Below are positions 1-8,704 of a DNA stretch of 14,403 bases, in pieces. The DNA comes from a virus, in UHGV virus genome UHGV-0123060. One strand, written 5' to 3'. The notes beneath the pieces were generated by a model, which did not search any database, was not told where the DNA came from, and saw nothing but the letters and a program-made list of their open reading frames with translations. The first letter of the stretch is position 1. Each line of letters starts with the position of its first letter. The position numbers and the translations under genes are program-made.

Positions 1-27
1 GAGTTCAGACGTGTGCTCTTCCGATCT
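1..27. other. Illumina TruSeq adapter remnant (sequencing/assembly artefact, not biological)
   Basis: Window starts GAGTTCAGACGTGTGCTCTTCCGATCT, which matches the 3' 27 nt of the TruSeq index/read-2 adapter (reverse complement of GATCGGAAGAGCACACGTCTGAACTC...). Genomic sequence begins at about 28. Confidence 0.9.
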
Positions 28-1309
28 TTTCACGATCTGAAACCAGGTAACCAGCATACGCTCCCCATAATTTAAGCCATGGAGGTATCGGAAGACCGGA
101 TATTTTTGCGAATGCTCCCAATACTTTTGTTACCCATACCCCAGCGATGAAAGTAGCCAAAATTTCCAGCGAGTTCTGCCATCCACCAACAGAATCTTTC
201 AGCCCCAGAAGCTTATCGCGCAGCCAGAGAATTGCCTTTTTCGCCTTTTCTATTGCAGGCTCCCACTTGGACCAGTCAATCAGGCTTTTACCGCCTTCTT
301 TCCACGTCTGATAATCGTCATAGAGTAATCCGATCGCCAGAATCAGCGTGGTGATAATTCCAATCGGGGATTTCAGGAACGCAGAATTAAGCAGACGCCA
401 TGCGACAAGTAGAGCACCGAATATTTTCAGCAGATTTTTACTGCCATCGTCAAGACGCTTCCACCAGTCAATGACAGAGCCAGCGCCCTGTATGAGCCGC
501 CACGCCATTCGCGTGAAGGCGTTCGCAAGCCAGATCACGCCTTTAATAACTCTGGTCAGCGCCTCTTCAATCTTCGGGAAGTTGTCGAGGATGCGCCGCC
601 GCAGGCTGTCCAGCGAACCAGCAAGACCACCAGCGAGGTTTGAGCCGATCTTGTCCCGCATAATGCCGAACAGCGACGTAAGCCCGCGCATGGACGTCAT
701 GAATTTATTGGACTGCACAGCCGCCTTATCAGCGTTGAACCCAGTCTTTTGCAGCATAGACTGGTAATCGGCGGTAAAGCCATTCATGCCGCGCCGCATC
801 GCCATCAGCGTGTTTTCATCGATGCCAAGCATCTGCGCGTATTGCTTCGCGCGGTAATACGGCATGTTGTTGAGCTTTTGCCCAACGCCAGTAAAGATGG
901 CCGCAGTATCACGCATCTTTCCGCTGGCATCTCGGGTCTGGACACCAAGACGGTTCAGGAAGCCTTCCGCCCCCGGATTGCTACGCATGAAACCGGCCAG
1001 CCCTTCGAGGGAGGACATGGCCGACTCGGCGCTGGCACCGGTTTGCGACGCGGCATAGCCCAGCGCTTTGATGCCCTGGACGCTGGCCCCCGTCCGTTGG
1101 GATGCCCAGTAAATTTTATCCAGACCATTCGCGATCTGGGTGGTAAATCCGACAATGCTCAGCGCTGCGCCTTCCACCACCGCACCGACCTTCAGAACGT
1201 TCGCGGTAACGCCTTTCAGCACGGCTTCAAACTTATTAGCGCCAGCCTGATCGATATCGAATCCCAGCGAAACAAGGAAATCTTTAATCGTATCTGCGTT
1301 ACCGCTCAT
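28..1309 (-). CDS. Tail tape measure protein, N-terminal part (truncated by contig end)
   Basis: ATG at 1309 with GGAG upstream; open to the window edge (ORF track 5..1309, 434 aa). Ala/Gly/Ser-rich helical N-terminal region followed by hydrophobic segments (e.g. LLKIFGALLVAWRLL, IGIITTLILAIGLL). Lies immediately after the frameshifted chaperone pair, the canonical tape-measure position. The last ~8 codons of the track ORF (KIGRAHV) are adapter-derived. Confidence 0.8.
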
Positions 1310-1541
1310 TGGCCGCTCTCCATTTATCTACCCGGGCGTCGTTATCCTCGCGCATGTCGAGGTAGTCATTGAGAAGCGCGATACGGCAGAGGTCTACCGC
1401 ACCGCTGTTAAGGTCTTTCTGGTCAATATGGAAGGCAAGCGCCGGACGAAGAATAAAGTCTTCACCGCCCGGCAGGCTGTTGAAGGTTATTCCGCTGGCG
1501 GGGTGCTCGTCTCGCTGGTAGGGAGTCCTTGCAAAAAATTT
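1299..1541 (-). CDS. Tail assembly chaperone -1 frameshift extension (GT-type fusion product; with upstream part of 1487..1912)
   Basis: The -1 frame relative to the 141-aa chaperone ORF is open from the slippery run for about 80 codons (KFFARTPYQRDEHPASGITFNSLPGGEDFILRPALAFHIDQKDLNSGAVDLCRIALLNDYLDMREDNDARVDKWRAANER) and stops at 1299-1301, just past the tape-measure ATG. This is the conserved G/GT arrangement. Confidence 0.7.
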   Translation of the reverse strand, partial: KFFARTPYQRDEHPASGITFNSLPGGEDFILRPALAFHIDQKDLNSGAVDLCRIALLNDYLDMREDNDARVDKWRAANER

Positions 1542-1912
1542 CCCAGCGAGTCGGCGACCACCCGCGCCACCAGTTGCAGCATGGTAAGCAGGTCGATATC
1601 GTCAAACGCCATTTCGCCATGCTGGCAGACCGGCACCCAGCCTTTCATGTGCTCGCGTGAAACAACGGAAAGACAGGGGAACAGGATAGCGTCCACGTCG
1701 CCATCACTCAGATCGGACACAGCATTGGCAATCTTTGGCAGGATGGTAGCCATCGCGCCTTCGGTGTCTTTGCTGCTGATCTTCTCCTGAACGCTCCGGA
1801 AGTCCGAAACCATCCCGGCCAGAACCGGCAACAGCTTGCGGGACACCTTCAGCTGTTCGAAAACGCTGAGCTTTGCGGTGCGATATTTCACGCCTTTAAT
1901 TTCGAATTCCAT
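1487..1912 (-). CDS. Tail assembly chaperone (G-like, zero-frame product)
   Basis: 141-aa ORF between tail tube and tape measure; ATG at 1912 four nt after the tube stop; contains the slippery site near its 3' end with an open -1 frame downstream. Confidence 0.75.
   Translation of the reverse strand: MEFEIKGVKYRTAKLSVFEQLKVSRKLLPVLAGMVSDFRSVQEKISSKDTEGAMATILPKIANAVSDLSDGDVDAILFPCLSVVSREHMKGWVPVCQHGEMAFDDIDLLTMLQLVARVVADSLGNFLQGLPTSETSTPPAE
1532..1538 (-). other. Candidate -1 programmed ribosomal frameshift slippery heptamer T_TTT_TTG
   Basis: Minus-strand sequence ctg gga aat ttt ttg caa in the chaperone zero frame (LGNFLQ). The heptamer T TTT TTG is in the correct phase and matches, from memory, the slippery sequence used for P2 E/E+E'. 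An overlapping A AAT TTT is an alternative. Confidence 0.6.
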
Positions 1913-1915
1913 GCG

Positions 1916-2356
1916 TTAAAACTCCCCGAGCAGCTGGTCAATCTTGCCGCAATCGAATACCCAGGCTACGGTTCCGCCCTCTTTGGCGTTATTGAAATCA
2001 GGCTGTTTCTGGAATGCACACGAACGCGCAGTAGAAATATCACCCGATGCCGTGTTGCGAATGACGATCACGTTATTTCCCCAGGTGGCAGAGGACTGGC
2101 TTTGCGCGTTATACGCCAGAGACAGCTTCTTGTTCACCGGGGAGGTTTTCAGCAGCGTCACCGTAATGGTGCCTGACTTATCGGCGTGCAGGCTGTGCAT
2201 CACTTCGCCATCGGCACCGATGGTCATGGTGTTCTTGTTGCCGCCCATAGTCTGGGTGATACCTTCCTCAGAGTTCGCAGAACCCTGACCAAGATCGATA
2301 ACTCCGGTCGGCCCGGTGAGCGACGCGGTTACATCGAGAAAAGAATAAGTTGCCAT
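1916..2356 (-). CDS. Tail tube protein (contractile-tail type), putative
   Basis: 146-aa ORF with a perfect SD (AAGGAG, spacer 6) before the ATG at 2356. Size and position (after the sheath candidate, before the chaperones) fit a myovirus tube protein. Called by synteny, not by alignment. Confidence 0.6.
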   Translation of the reverse strand: MATYSFLDVTASLTGPTGVIDLGQGSANSEEGITQTMGGNKNTMTIGADGEVMHSLHADKSGTITVTLLKTSPVNKKLSLAYNAQSQSSATWGNNVIVIRNTASGDISTARSCAFQKQPDFNNAKEGGTVAWVFDCGKIDQLLGEF

Positions 2357-2366
2357 TTATCGCTCC

Positions 2367-3527
2367 TTAGCGAACCACGTTGATCTGCACATCGGCATAA
2401 TGAACTGCGCCAGCCAGCTTACAGGCCACCTGGATTAACGGTGCTTTGCGCGCTTCGCGGTCGGCCTGCGCCTGTTGCACCAGCGGCTGCGCATAGACGT
2501 AATAGCCTTTGGTCAGCGTATCGCCGGAATTCAGCTGTCCGATAGGGCCACCATTCCACACGCCAGCAGCTACCAGACCGTTCGTGACGGACTGATCCAT
2601 GGACTGTTCAACGTTGGAAAGCAGACGGGTCACACCGGCATCAGTCTGCGGAATTTTGGTGGTGCTGGTGTAAAGCAGGTTATAGAGGTTGGTCTGAACG
2701 TAGTTCTGCAACCAGTCGAGCCCGTGGCGCTCGTCGAAGAAGTCACCGTTCGCCATGACACCCTGTTGCAGGATCGCCGTGTCGTTGGCGTAGTACACGA
2801 ACACGTTCGCATTCTTCGCATCCACCGCAGCCGCCTGGCCTACCGTCAACGTTTCGTAGGTTACGCTTGGTTCCTGTTTGAACTTCAGGGTAATGGTGGT
2901 ATTGCTGCCGTTGAAATTGACAGTAAACGCACGACCGAAAGCAGAAACCGCTGCGTAAGGGCTGCTGGTGGAATACTGAATAAAGGTACGGGCATACTTG
3001 CCAGCCTTTAATTTTGACGCAACATCGGTCGTCGAAGTCGTGCTGATAATCTCGGCGTCGGCAGAGGTCACACCAAAGATACGGCTAAGGCTGGACGCTT
3101 CAATAAGTTTGGCGACCTCAATCACGTCATCAGCATCAAGCACATCGCCACCAGCGACAACATCATCAGCGACAACCAGCCCATACCAGTTGGTATACTG
3201 CAGGCAGGCATTAACAGCTTGCACGATGGTTTCCACGCTTCCACCTTCGGAAGAGGTCAGCGTCTTCGCCCAGCGGCCAACATAAACCTGCGTCGGCTTC
3301 GGCGACTGGCTGAAGAAAACCTGCGCCGCTTCATATTCCGGGCTGTCGACTCCGAAGTCCTCGCCAATGTCCTCAACGGACGCATAAAGGCGAACGCGCT
3401 CCTGCACCGGAATGACAGTGGAAGAACCGAGGATCAGCAGTGCGCCGAAGTTACGACCAGTAGCCGCTTTCGGCGAGATGATCACATCAACGTTTACAAC
3501 GTTGGATACAGGTAAGCCCTGCGTCAT
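2367..3527 (-). CDS. Tail sheath protein, putative
   Basis: 386-aa ORF directly upstream of the tube candidate; order sheath-tube-chaperone(frameshift)-tape measure is the P2/Mu-like contractile-tail arrangement. Family assignment is from size and synteny only. Confidence 0.6.
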   Translation of the reverse strand: MTQGLPVSNVVNVDVIISPKAATGRNFGALLILGSSTVIPVQERVRLYASVEDIGEDFGVDSPEYEAAQVFFSQSPKPTQVYVGRWAKTLTSSEGGSVETIVQAVNACLQYTNWYGLVVADDVVAGGDVLDADDVIEVAKLIEASSLSRIFGVTSADAEIISTTSTTDVASKLKAGKYARTFIQYSTSSPYAAVSAFGRAFTVNFNGSNTTITLKFKQEPSVTYETLTVGQAAAVDAKNANVFVYYANDTAILQQGVMANGDFFDERHGLDWLQNYVQTNLYNLLYTSTTKIPQTDAGVTRLLSNVEQSMDQSVTNGLVAAGVWNGGPIGQLNSGDTLTKGYYVYAQPLVQQAQADREARKAPLIQVACKLAGAVHYADVQINVVR

Positions 3528-3530
3528 AGT

Positions 3531-4094
3531 TTATTCTCCAAAAAAGGTGACTGGCGCTTCCACCAGCGATTTGATGCCGTACTCGCGCACGACCTTCCGG
3601 CGCAGGCGCACCGTCATGTCGTAGCGGCGAACCCATTGCTGGTTGATAAGCTCGGGGAAAGGGGTCAGACCGGTATAGTCGCCCAGGGATAAACCGAGCG
3701 CGTTCAGCTCAGCATTATTTTGCGGGACAGATATGCCATCGCGAAAACGGGACGCATAAGACATACCCGCCGGGCCATAGAACGACGCCATGCACTCGAA
3801 CGTTTCATGCCGCCAGAGCTGAGCGCCCTCGTCGGTCTGCCTGGTGAATGCAGGACTGTTATCAATGAGCAACCCGGTAACGCCAAACGCGCACCAGTTC
3901 GTTTCAACGGGTGGCAGTGGCGGCTGATTTTTCTGCCAGCGCGGACGAACCATTCCAGACGGCAAGCCGGAAACATTGCGCATCCACTGGCTTAGCAGCC
4001 TGTCGAGCGCTTCGTCATAATCCGGATCGCCGCTGGTGGGTGTCAGCCAGCCGCGCTCTGTGCTGGTGTTATTGCTCAACGGGAGTACCCCCAT
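3531..4094 (-). CDS. Hypothetical structural protein (tail completion/neck region), start ambiguous
   Basis: ORF track 3531..4136 begins at a GTG; first in-frame ATG is at 4094. Stop is 4 nt before the sheath ATG. Position between head and tail genes. Confidence 0.5.
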   Translation of the reverse strand: MGVLPLSNNTSTERGWLTPTSGDPDYDEALDRLLSQWMRNVSGLPSGMVRPRWQKNQPPLPPVETNWCAFGVTGLLIDNSPAFTRQTDEGAQLWRHETFECMASFYGPAGMSYASRFRDGISVPQNNAELNALGLSLGDYTGLTPFPELINQQWVRRYDMTVRLRRKVVREYGIKSLVEAPVTFFGE

Positions 4095-4458
4095 CAAACG
4101 GCAACAGTTCGCAATGCGCCTGGACGAAGCCAGCACCGTAAGCGGTATACGGGTCGACGAACGTCACACGATAATCACGGTTCTGATACGTCACGATATC
4201 GGCATCACGGCCAGTCTGCCCCTGCGTAAGTCGTTCAGTCGTCACGATAAGAATCGCGCCGCTGATAACCTGCCCGGCCTGCATGCGGCGGTTTTCCAGA
4301 GAGCGGTCAACGGTAACAACCCCGGCAAACTGCGTTTTAACTTCGCTGTCGCTGCCGATCCCGTCCTCGTCCACCGTTTGCGCGCGACGCGTTACCCACA
4401 GGTTGAAGTCGCAAAAATCGGGGTCAAAAAGCACGTCTGTTACATCAAGATTCGGCAT
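4069..4458 (-). CDS. Hypothetical head-tail joining/neck protein
   Basis: 129-aa ORF, ATG at 4458, inside the run of small genes between capsid and sheath. No motif recognised. Confidence 0.5.
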   Translation of the reverse strand: MPNLDVTDVLFDPDFCDFNLWVTRRAQTVDEDGIGSDSEVKTQFAGVVTVDRSLENRRMQAGQVISGAILIVTTERLTQGQTGRDADIVTYQNRDYRVTFVDPYTAYGAGFVQAHCELLPFDGGTPVEQ

Positions 4459-4999
4459 CTTTATCCCTCACAACATGGGTAATGGCTCTGCGATATTGCC
4501 CGGTGTCGATTAGTGGTTTCACCAGATCGGTTCCGGGGGACTCGCCAGCAGCGCGTCGGGCAAGCTCTGCTTTCGCCCCTTTACGCCCTCGACGCGCGCG
4601 GGCTTCAACGGTGCTATCAGCAAGCGGTGTAAAGCCGGTAATAGTCATGTAACGCCTGACGCCATTAGCAGCCAGCGTTCCGGCGCGGTTGAGCGCTCTT
4701 TCTGCACCCGCCGCATTACCATCAAGCGCAGCCTGCGCCGCTGCTTTAAGCTGCGGCACTGTCTGTTCCTCTACCGATTTAACGCCGGGGATCAGGTGCG
4801 GGCGTGGGGGGATATTTTGCGCCGGTGAGCCGTATTCATTGACGTAGCCGATCCCCGCATTACCAAACGGAACATCTTCACGCTCGCTGTCTTCCGAAGG
4901 GATGCCGACCAGCACATCCTTTTTGGTTAGCGACCTGAGCGCATCCAGAATGGCCTGAGCGTTATCCACCCTCGTTGTTACACCGCTTTTGAAACTCAT
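4445..4999 (-). CDS. Hypothetical head-tail joining/neck protein
   Basis: 184-aa ORF; its ATG (4999-4997) overlaps the upstream stop TGA (4998-4996) in an ATGA junction. Arg/Ala-rich C-terminus. Confidence 0.5.
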   Translation of the reverse strand: MSFKSGVTTRVDNAQAILDALRSLTKKDVLVGIPSEDSEREDVPFGNAGIGYVNEYGSPAQNIPPRPHLIPGVKSVEEQTVPQLKAAAQAALDGNAAGAERALNRAGTLAANGVRRYMTITGFTPLADSTVEARARRGRKGAKAELARRAAGESPGTDLVKPLIDTGQYRRAITHVVRDKDAES

Positions 5000-5415
5000 A
5001 GCTGGCGACCGCCCGCACCGAACATCGTGATCAGCTGATAAAATTCAGCGCCATATCGGGTGTTATTCCAGAAGCCTGCGTCAGGGTTTAGCGTCGAGCT
5101 GGTGTCATAGCTGACGCTTACCTTGTCAACGGACTTAGAGGACTGAACACCATTGGTTGAACCGCCAGGGCCGCCAACCAGCATCGCCCGACTATCTGCC
5201 GCCCAAAGCGTCATGTAGTGCGCAACGAACAACTCGGCAAAATATGGAAACAACTTTTTGCCGGTGACGTTTTCGCTCAGCAGCACATCGGCCAGATTCA
5301 GACGAAACTGGATTTGCGCTTCGGGATATTTGGCAGGGTCAGCAAACTGCGGGAAGTTGCGGCGAAAATCACTTACTGTTGGCAGGCTTTGATTCTTTGG
5401 CATCTTTCGCCCCAT
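4996..5415 (-). CDS. Hypothetical head-tail connector/adaptor-like protein, start ambiguous
   Basis: ORF track 4996..5439 starts at TTG; in-frame ATGs at 5415 and 5403 (the latter preceded by GGGG). Overlaps the 3' end of the upstream coiled-coil gene. Confidence 0.5.
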   Translation of the reverse strand: MGRKMPKNQSLPTVSDFRRNFPQFADPAKYPEAQIQFRLNLADVLLSENVTGKKLFPYFAELFVAHYMTLWAADSRAMLVGGPGGSTNGVQSSKSVDKVSVSYDTSSTLNPDAGFWNNTRYGAEFYQLITMFGAGGRQL

Positions 5416-5758
5416 TACCGCCAGTCTGGGCGGCAGCAATCTGCGCTTGCAGGCTGTCGTTCTGCTCTTGCAGCTTGAGCAGCGCTTCTTTCAGATCGGC
5501 AATCAGCTGATCTTTATCGACAATCTGCTTATCCTTGTCGGCAATCTGCGCTTGCAGGCCGTCGATAATGGGTTGCAAATCATCGGTGTCGCTAATCACG
5601 CTTTCGGAAAGCTCAGAATGCGCCTGGGTGAACCAGTGCGACGCGACCTCTTCCGGTACGTTATGCCGTCCCCGGCCAAACTCCTGTTTAGACTGATCGC
5701 CGAGCGTCAGCGTGAACGGGGTGTGAACATGGATGGTAACCAGCTTTTCTTTCGCCAT
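5369..5758 (-). CDS. Hypothetical coiled-coil protein (head module, after major capsid gene)
   Basis: 129-aa ORF with SD (GAAGGAAA) before the ATG at 5758. C-terminal half is a repetitive predicted coiled coil ([45 protein letters not shown]) encoded by DNA direct repeats. Confidence 0.6.
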   Translation of the reverse strand: MAKEKLVTIHVHTPFTLTLGDQSKQEFGRGRHNVPEEVASHWFTQAHSELSESVISDTDDLQPIIDGLQAQIADKDKQIVDKDQLIADLKEALLKLQEQNDSLQAQIAAAQTGGNGAKDAKESKPANSK

Positions 5759-5773
5759 TTTAAGTTTCCTTCT

Positions 5774-5789
5774 GGCCCCTTTCGGGGCC
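5774..5789 (-). promoter_or_regulatory. GC-rich stem-loop (GGCCCC-GAAA-GGGGCC on minus strand) between major capsid gene and next gene; no U-tract
   Basis: Perfect 6-bp G/C stem with a GNRA-type tetraloop, 11 nt after the capsid-gene stop and 15 nt before the next ATG. Not followed by a T run on either strand, so not a canonical intrinsic terminator. Confidence 0.5.
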
Positions 5790-5799
5790 GTTCTGGTTA

Positions 5800-6741
5800 T
5801 CAGATACCGTCCACGTAGGACAGGGTTTCTTTGTACACTGGCTCAACCGCACCGAGCTTGCCGTAGTAAGTCACAATCTGGTACAGACCACGATACTGGA
5901 CAGGAACGCTCTGCAACGGTACCAGCGGATAGCGCACGTATTTCTTGTCGTTGGTGTAGGCGACCATACGGTCTTTACCGCCAACTCCGCGCCCTTTCAG
6001 CCATTTGACCGCTTTGATTTCCAGCGGAACGCCGTTCTGGTGGAAAGCGATAGTGTTCACGGCCAGATAGGTCAGCAGTGACTGGTTACCCGCTTCGGAA
6101 ACCTTACGGCTCGCCAGCAGTGAATACTGCTCTGGCGGAATGCGCAGATCAGAAGGCACGACGGAATAACCGGATGCTGCCCAGGCATTCGACAGAATGC
6201 TGTTCACGCTATCGAGGATCTCGTCGTTGGTGGAGTTCGCCCAGGTCTTCGGCGCGTTGTTCAGCGTCACACCGACAAGGTTTGCCAGCCCTTTCAGGCC
6301 GAGCGCATCATCGCCGATGTAAACCTGCTCGTCGTTGTCCATCTGCCATTTGAGCTGCATCCCGTCGTACTTCTGGGTATCAATCGGGCGACCTACCTGC
6401 TGAGCTGCTGCCAGCTCTACAACGGTCCAGCCCAGTTCCATGCCCCAGAGGTTCAGAGGATTGCCGTCTTTGCCGATATCAACGTTCACGCCAGCAATAG
6501 CGGTGGAGTCTTTGCCTACCCAGTTTTTACCGTTAGGATTTGCGCCAGTACCCGCAGCGCCAAAGCTGGTGTTAGTCCAGCTGGAAATGTCATCTGCGAT
6601 AGAAACGTCTTCACGCAGTTGAATGTCGCGGGTCCAGGTGTAACCCACCAGCGGCAGGTTCAGCGTCTGGTCGATTCGCTCCAGCTCCCCGATAAGAAAG
6701 GCACCAGAGCTATCAACGGTTGCCTGATCAAAAGTAATCAT
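5800..6741 (-). CDS. Major capsid protein, putative
   Basis: 313-aa ORF, ATG at 6741 with AGGAAC upstream. Largest head-module ORF after the scaffold-like gene; the strong downstream stem-loop would fit a highly expressed capsid gene. Called by position and size only. Confidence 0.55.
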   Translation of the reverse strand: MITFDQATVDSSGAFLIGELERIDQTLNLPLVGYTWTRDIQLREDVSIADDISSWTNTSFGAAGTGANPNGKNWVGKDSTAIAGVNVDIGKDGNPLNLWGMELGWTVVELAAAQQVGRPIDTQKYDGMQLKWQMDNDEQVYIGDDALGLKGLANLVGVTLNNAPKTWANSTNDEILDSVNSILSNAWAASGYSVVPSDLRIPPEQYSLLASRKVSEAGNQSLLTYLAVNTIAFHQNGVPLEIKAVKWLKGRGVGGKDRMVAYTNDKKYVRYPLVPLQSVPVQYRGLYQIVTYYGKLGAVEPVYKETLSYVDGI

Positions 6742-6752
6742 TCGTCTGTTCC

Positions 6753-7256
6753 TTAAATCTTCCAGGAGATTTCTGCATTGCCGTTAGCGTCACCGGCCCC
6801 TGTGAATTCGGCGTTGGTCAGCGCCACGTTTTTGCCACTGACGGACGTGGACATGAAGCCGCCCAGCGGCACGTCAATGGTTGAGTCGAGCGAAACAACC
6901 ACGTAGACAGGCGCGCCTTTTTTGATAGTGCTGGCATCGAAGCCAGATCCGAGGTTAACGGTCATGTAGCCACGCTTCATGGCGTCGCCCGGGAAGTTCT
7001 TATCCGTCCCCACCTGGCGAACCATGTCTGGTTGCGATGTGGTCGGATACGGACGAACGTAGATACCCTTCACCTTGTCGGCGGTGTCACCGTCCGCCAG
7101 CGGCACGAAAAAGCCGTCAGCGTCGTATTTGCCAGCCAGACCATAGGCAGCGAAGGCGTTAGCGGATTTAAGGATCACCGGTTCGACGGTTAAGTCCTGC
7201 GGGCGAGAGATAGCCCCGGCAATGCCAACAGGCATCCGGTACAGATATGCAGTCAT
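6753..7256 (-). CDS. Hypothetical head protein (decoration or accessory capsid protein candidate)
   Basis: 167-aa ORF between the scaffold-like gene and capsid gene; Gly/Ala/Val-rich beta-type composition. Function from position only. Confidence 0.45.
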   Translation of the reverse strand: MTAYLYRMPVGIAGAISRPQDLTVEPVILKSANAFAAYGLAGKYDADGFFVPLADGDTADKVKGIYVRPYPTTSQPDMVRQVGTDKNFPGDAMKRGYMTVNLGSGFDASTIKKGAPVYVVVSLDSTIDVPLGGFMSTSVSGKNVALTNAEFTGAGDANGNAEISWKI

Positions 7257-7260
7257 TGGA

Positions 7261-8493
7261 TTATCCTTTGCGGTTAGACCAGAAGTCGGCGTTTTGTTTG
7301 TTCAGGGAAGCGATGCTGGTCATGCCCATATTTGGACGTTGTGCATCGCCCGTGGTGCTGCGGGTGTTTCGCCCTTTGGCAATCTCTGACACGGCGTTAA
7401 ACGCCATATCTACCGATTGCTTGGGCAATTTGCGGATATCCGCATCACCGACAACCTGGCGAACCAGTTTTTTGTCAGCGGCGGACAGCACATCACGTTT
7501 GAACGCGGTCGGTTTCACCTTACGGCTCAGATCGATACCCGGAACGATAACTTCGGCACGATAAGCAGCGTCACCGGTAATCGTGGTTTCCTCTTCGTCG
7601 TCCTCACCGTCGCAGGTAGGGTCTTTGTTATCTTTGCCGTCAGGCTTATCGTCGTTATCGCACGTCGCATTTCCTTCCAGCTTAGCCAGCAGGGCTTTGA
7701 GCAAGGTTTTGATATCGTCCTCGCCGTCGCCGGTTGGCTCTCCGCCCATTTCCGGCTTTTTGTCCGGCAATGGTTGCTGCGGTGAAAGGTTAATGTTGAG
7801 GTTAACGCCGCTCGGCAGATCCCCTTCGTCACCCGTTACCGCCGCTGGCGCAGAGTCCAGCAGTTCGTTCATGGTGTCAGCGTCACCCGTTTTGATGGCC
7901 GTGCGCATGCGGGTCCACCAGCTTTTCTTTTGATTTGCCATTGTGTCTCTGTCTCCAATTGCACAACGATTTCCGGCTCTGCCTTTAGGGACAAGAGCCA
8001 CATGGTTTCCGGTAATATCAACCTGCTCAGCCTTACCCGGCTCAGTCTGCTTATATTCCGCGTCATAGCCACACGACACTTCGCGCAGGCCATCTTCGAT
8101 CAGCTGAATGGCGTTTTCGTCTTTGACGATAAGGTCAGCCAGCATCAAATCAGACTGATCACCAGTCCCGCGCCGAACGTTCTGAAGATGCCCGACCGCA
8201 AGCTCTTTCCAGTTCTCGGGGTTGACCAGCCGCACATTCCCGTTTTCATCTTCAGGATGCAGGATCGTGATGCTCATCCCTTCGAATGAGGCGAGCGTGG
8301 CCGGATGGAATACCTGCTCAGGAGAACGCGTGACGACTATTTCACCGAACTTATCGGGTTTCAGTTTTGGCAGGTCATCAGCACCATAGAGCTGCTTACC
8401 CGTTCGACCTATCGGCACGTCTTTGCACAGCAGCGAGCCGTCAGCCAGCTGATAGCGGGTTTCCCCCAGCCGGGTGTAGAAGAAATATTTCAT
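7261..8493 (-). CDS. Putative scaffolding/head maturation protein with acidic low-complexity central region
   Basis: 410-aa ORF, ATG at 8493. N-terminal ~190 aa globular; central D/E/K/G-rich segment with two TCD motifs (NATCDNDDKPDGKDNKDPTCDGEDDEEE); sits between the Mu-F-like gene and the capsid gene. Confidence 0.5.
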   Translation of the reverse strand: MKYFFYTRLGETRYQLADGSLLCKDVPIGRTGKQLYGADDLPKLKPDKFGEIVVTRSPEQVFHPATLASFEGMSITILHPEDENGNVRLVNPENWKELAVGHLQNVRRGTGDQSDLMLADLIVKDENAIQLIEDGLREVSCGYDAEYKQTEPGKAEQVDITGNHVALVPKGRAGNRCAIGDRDTMANQKKSWWTRMRTAIKTGDADTMNELLDSAPAAVTGDEGDLPSGVNLNINLSPQQPLPDKKPEMGGEPTGDGEDDIKTLLKALLAKLEGNATCDNDDKPDGKDNKDPTCDGEDDEEETTITGDAAYRAEVIVPGIDLSRKVKPTAFKRDVLSAADKKLVRQVVGDADIRKLPKQSVDMAFNAVSEIAKGRNTRSTTGDAQRPNMGMTSIASLNKQNADFWSNRKG

Positions 8494-8690
8494 CCATCCG
8501 CCGCCTTAGTGGATTTAATAAACTCACGCAGCAGATGCTTTATCTGACGCGCATTACCACGACCTATAAGTTGGCAGCGCTTTGCTCTATCACCAACAGA
8601 TTGATAAATAGCCTCTACGCCATTGTATTTAGCAGTGATGCGCGTAGCTTCGCTGGCCTGTTCTTTCAGGAAATAGATTGTTTTTTCCAT
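8490..8690 (-). CDS. Hypothetical small protein (66 aa), compositionally distinct; possible moron
   Basis: ATG at 8690 with AGGT upstream; stop TGA overlaps the next gene's ATG (ATGA). About 45% GC by hand count versus about 55% for neighbours. No recognisable motif. Confidence 0.5.
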   Translation of the reverse strand: MEKTIYFLKEQASEATRITAKYNGVEAIYQSVGDRAKRCQLIGRGNARQIKHLLREFIKSTKAADG

Positions 8691-8704
8691 GGGTTACCTG
8701 CAAT

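Noticed and set aside
749-1372. 207-aa plus-strand ORF (and other plus ORFs at 348..767 and 864..1058)
   Set aside because: Antisense to the tape-measure gene; Arg/Pro/Ala-rich composition typical of spurious reverse frames.
1428-1790. 120-aa plus-strand ORF across the chaperone region
   Set aside because: The region is explained by the minus-strand chaperone and its -1 frameshift extension; this plus ORF is antisense filler.
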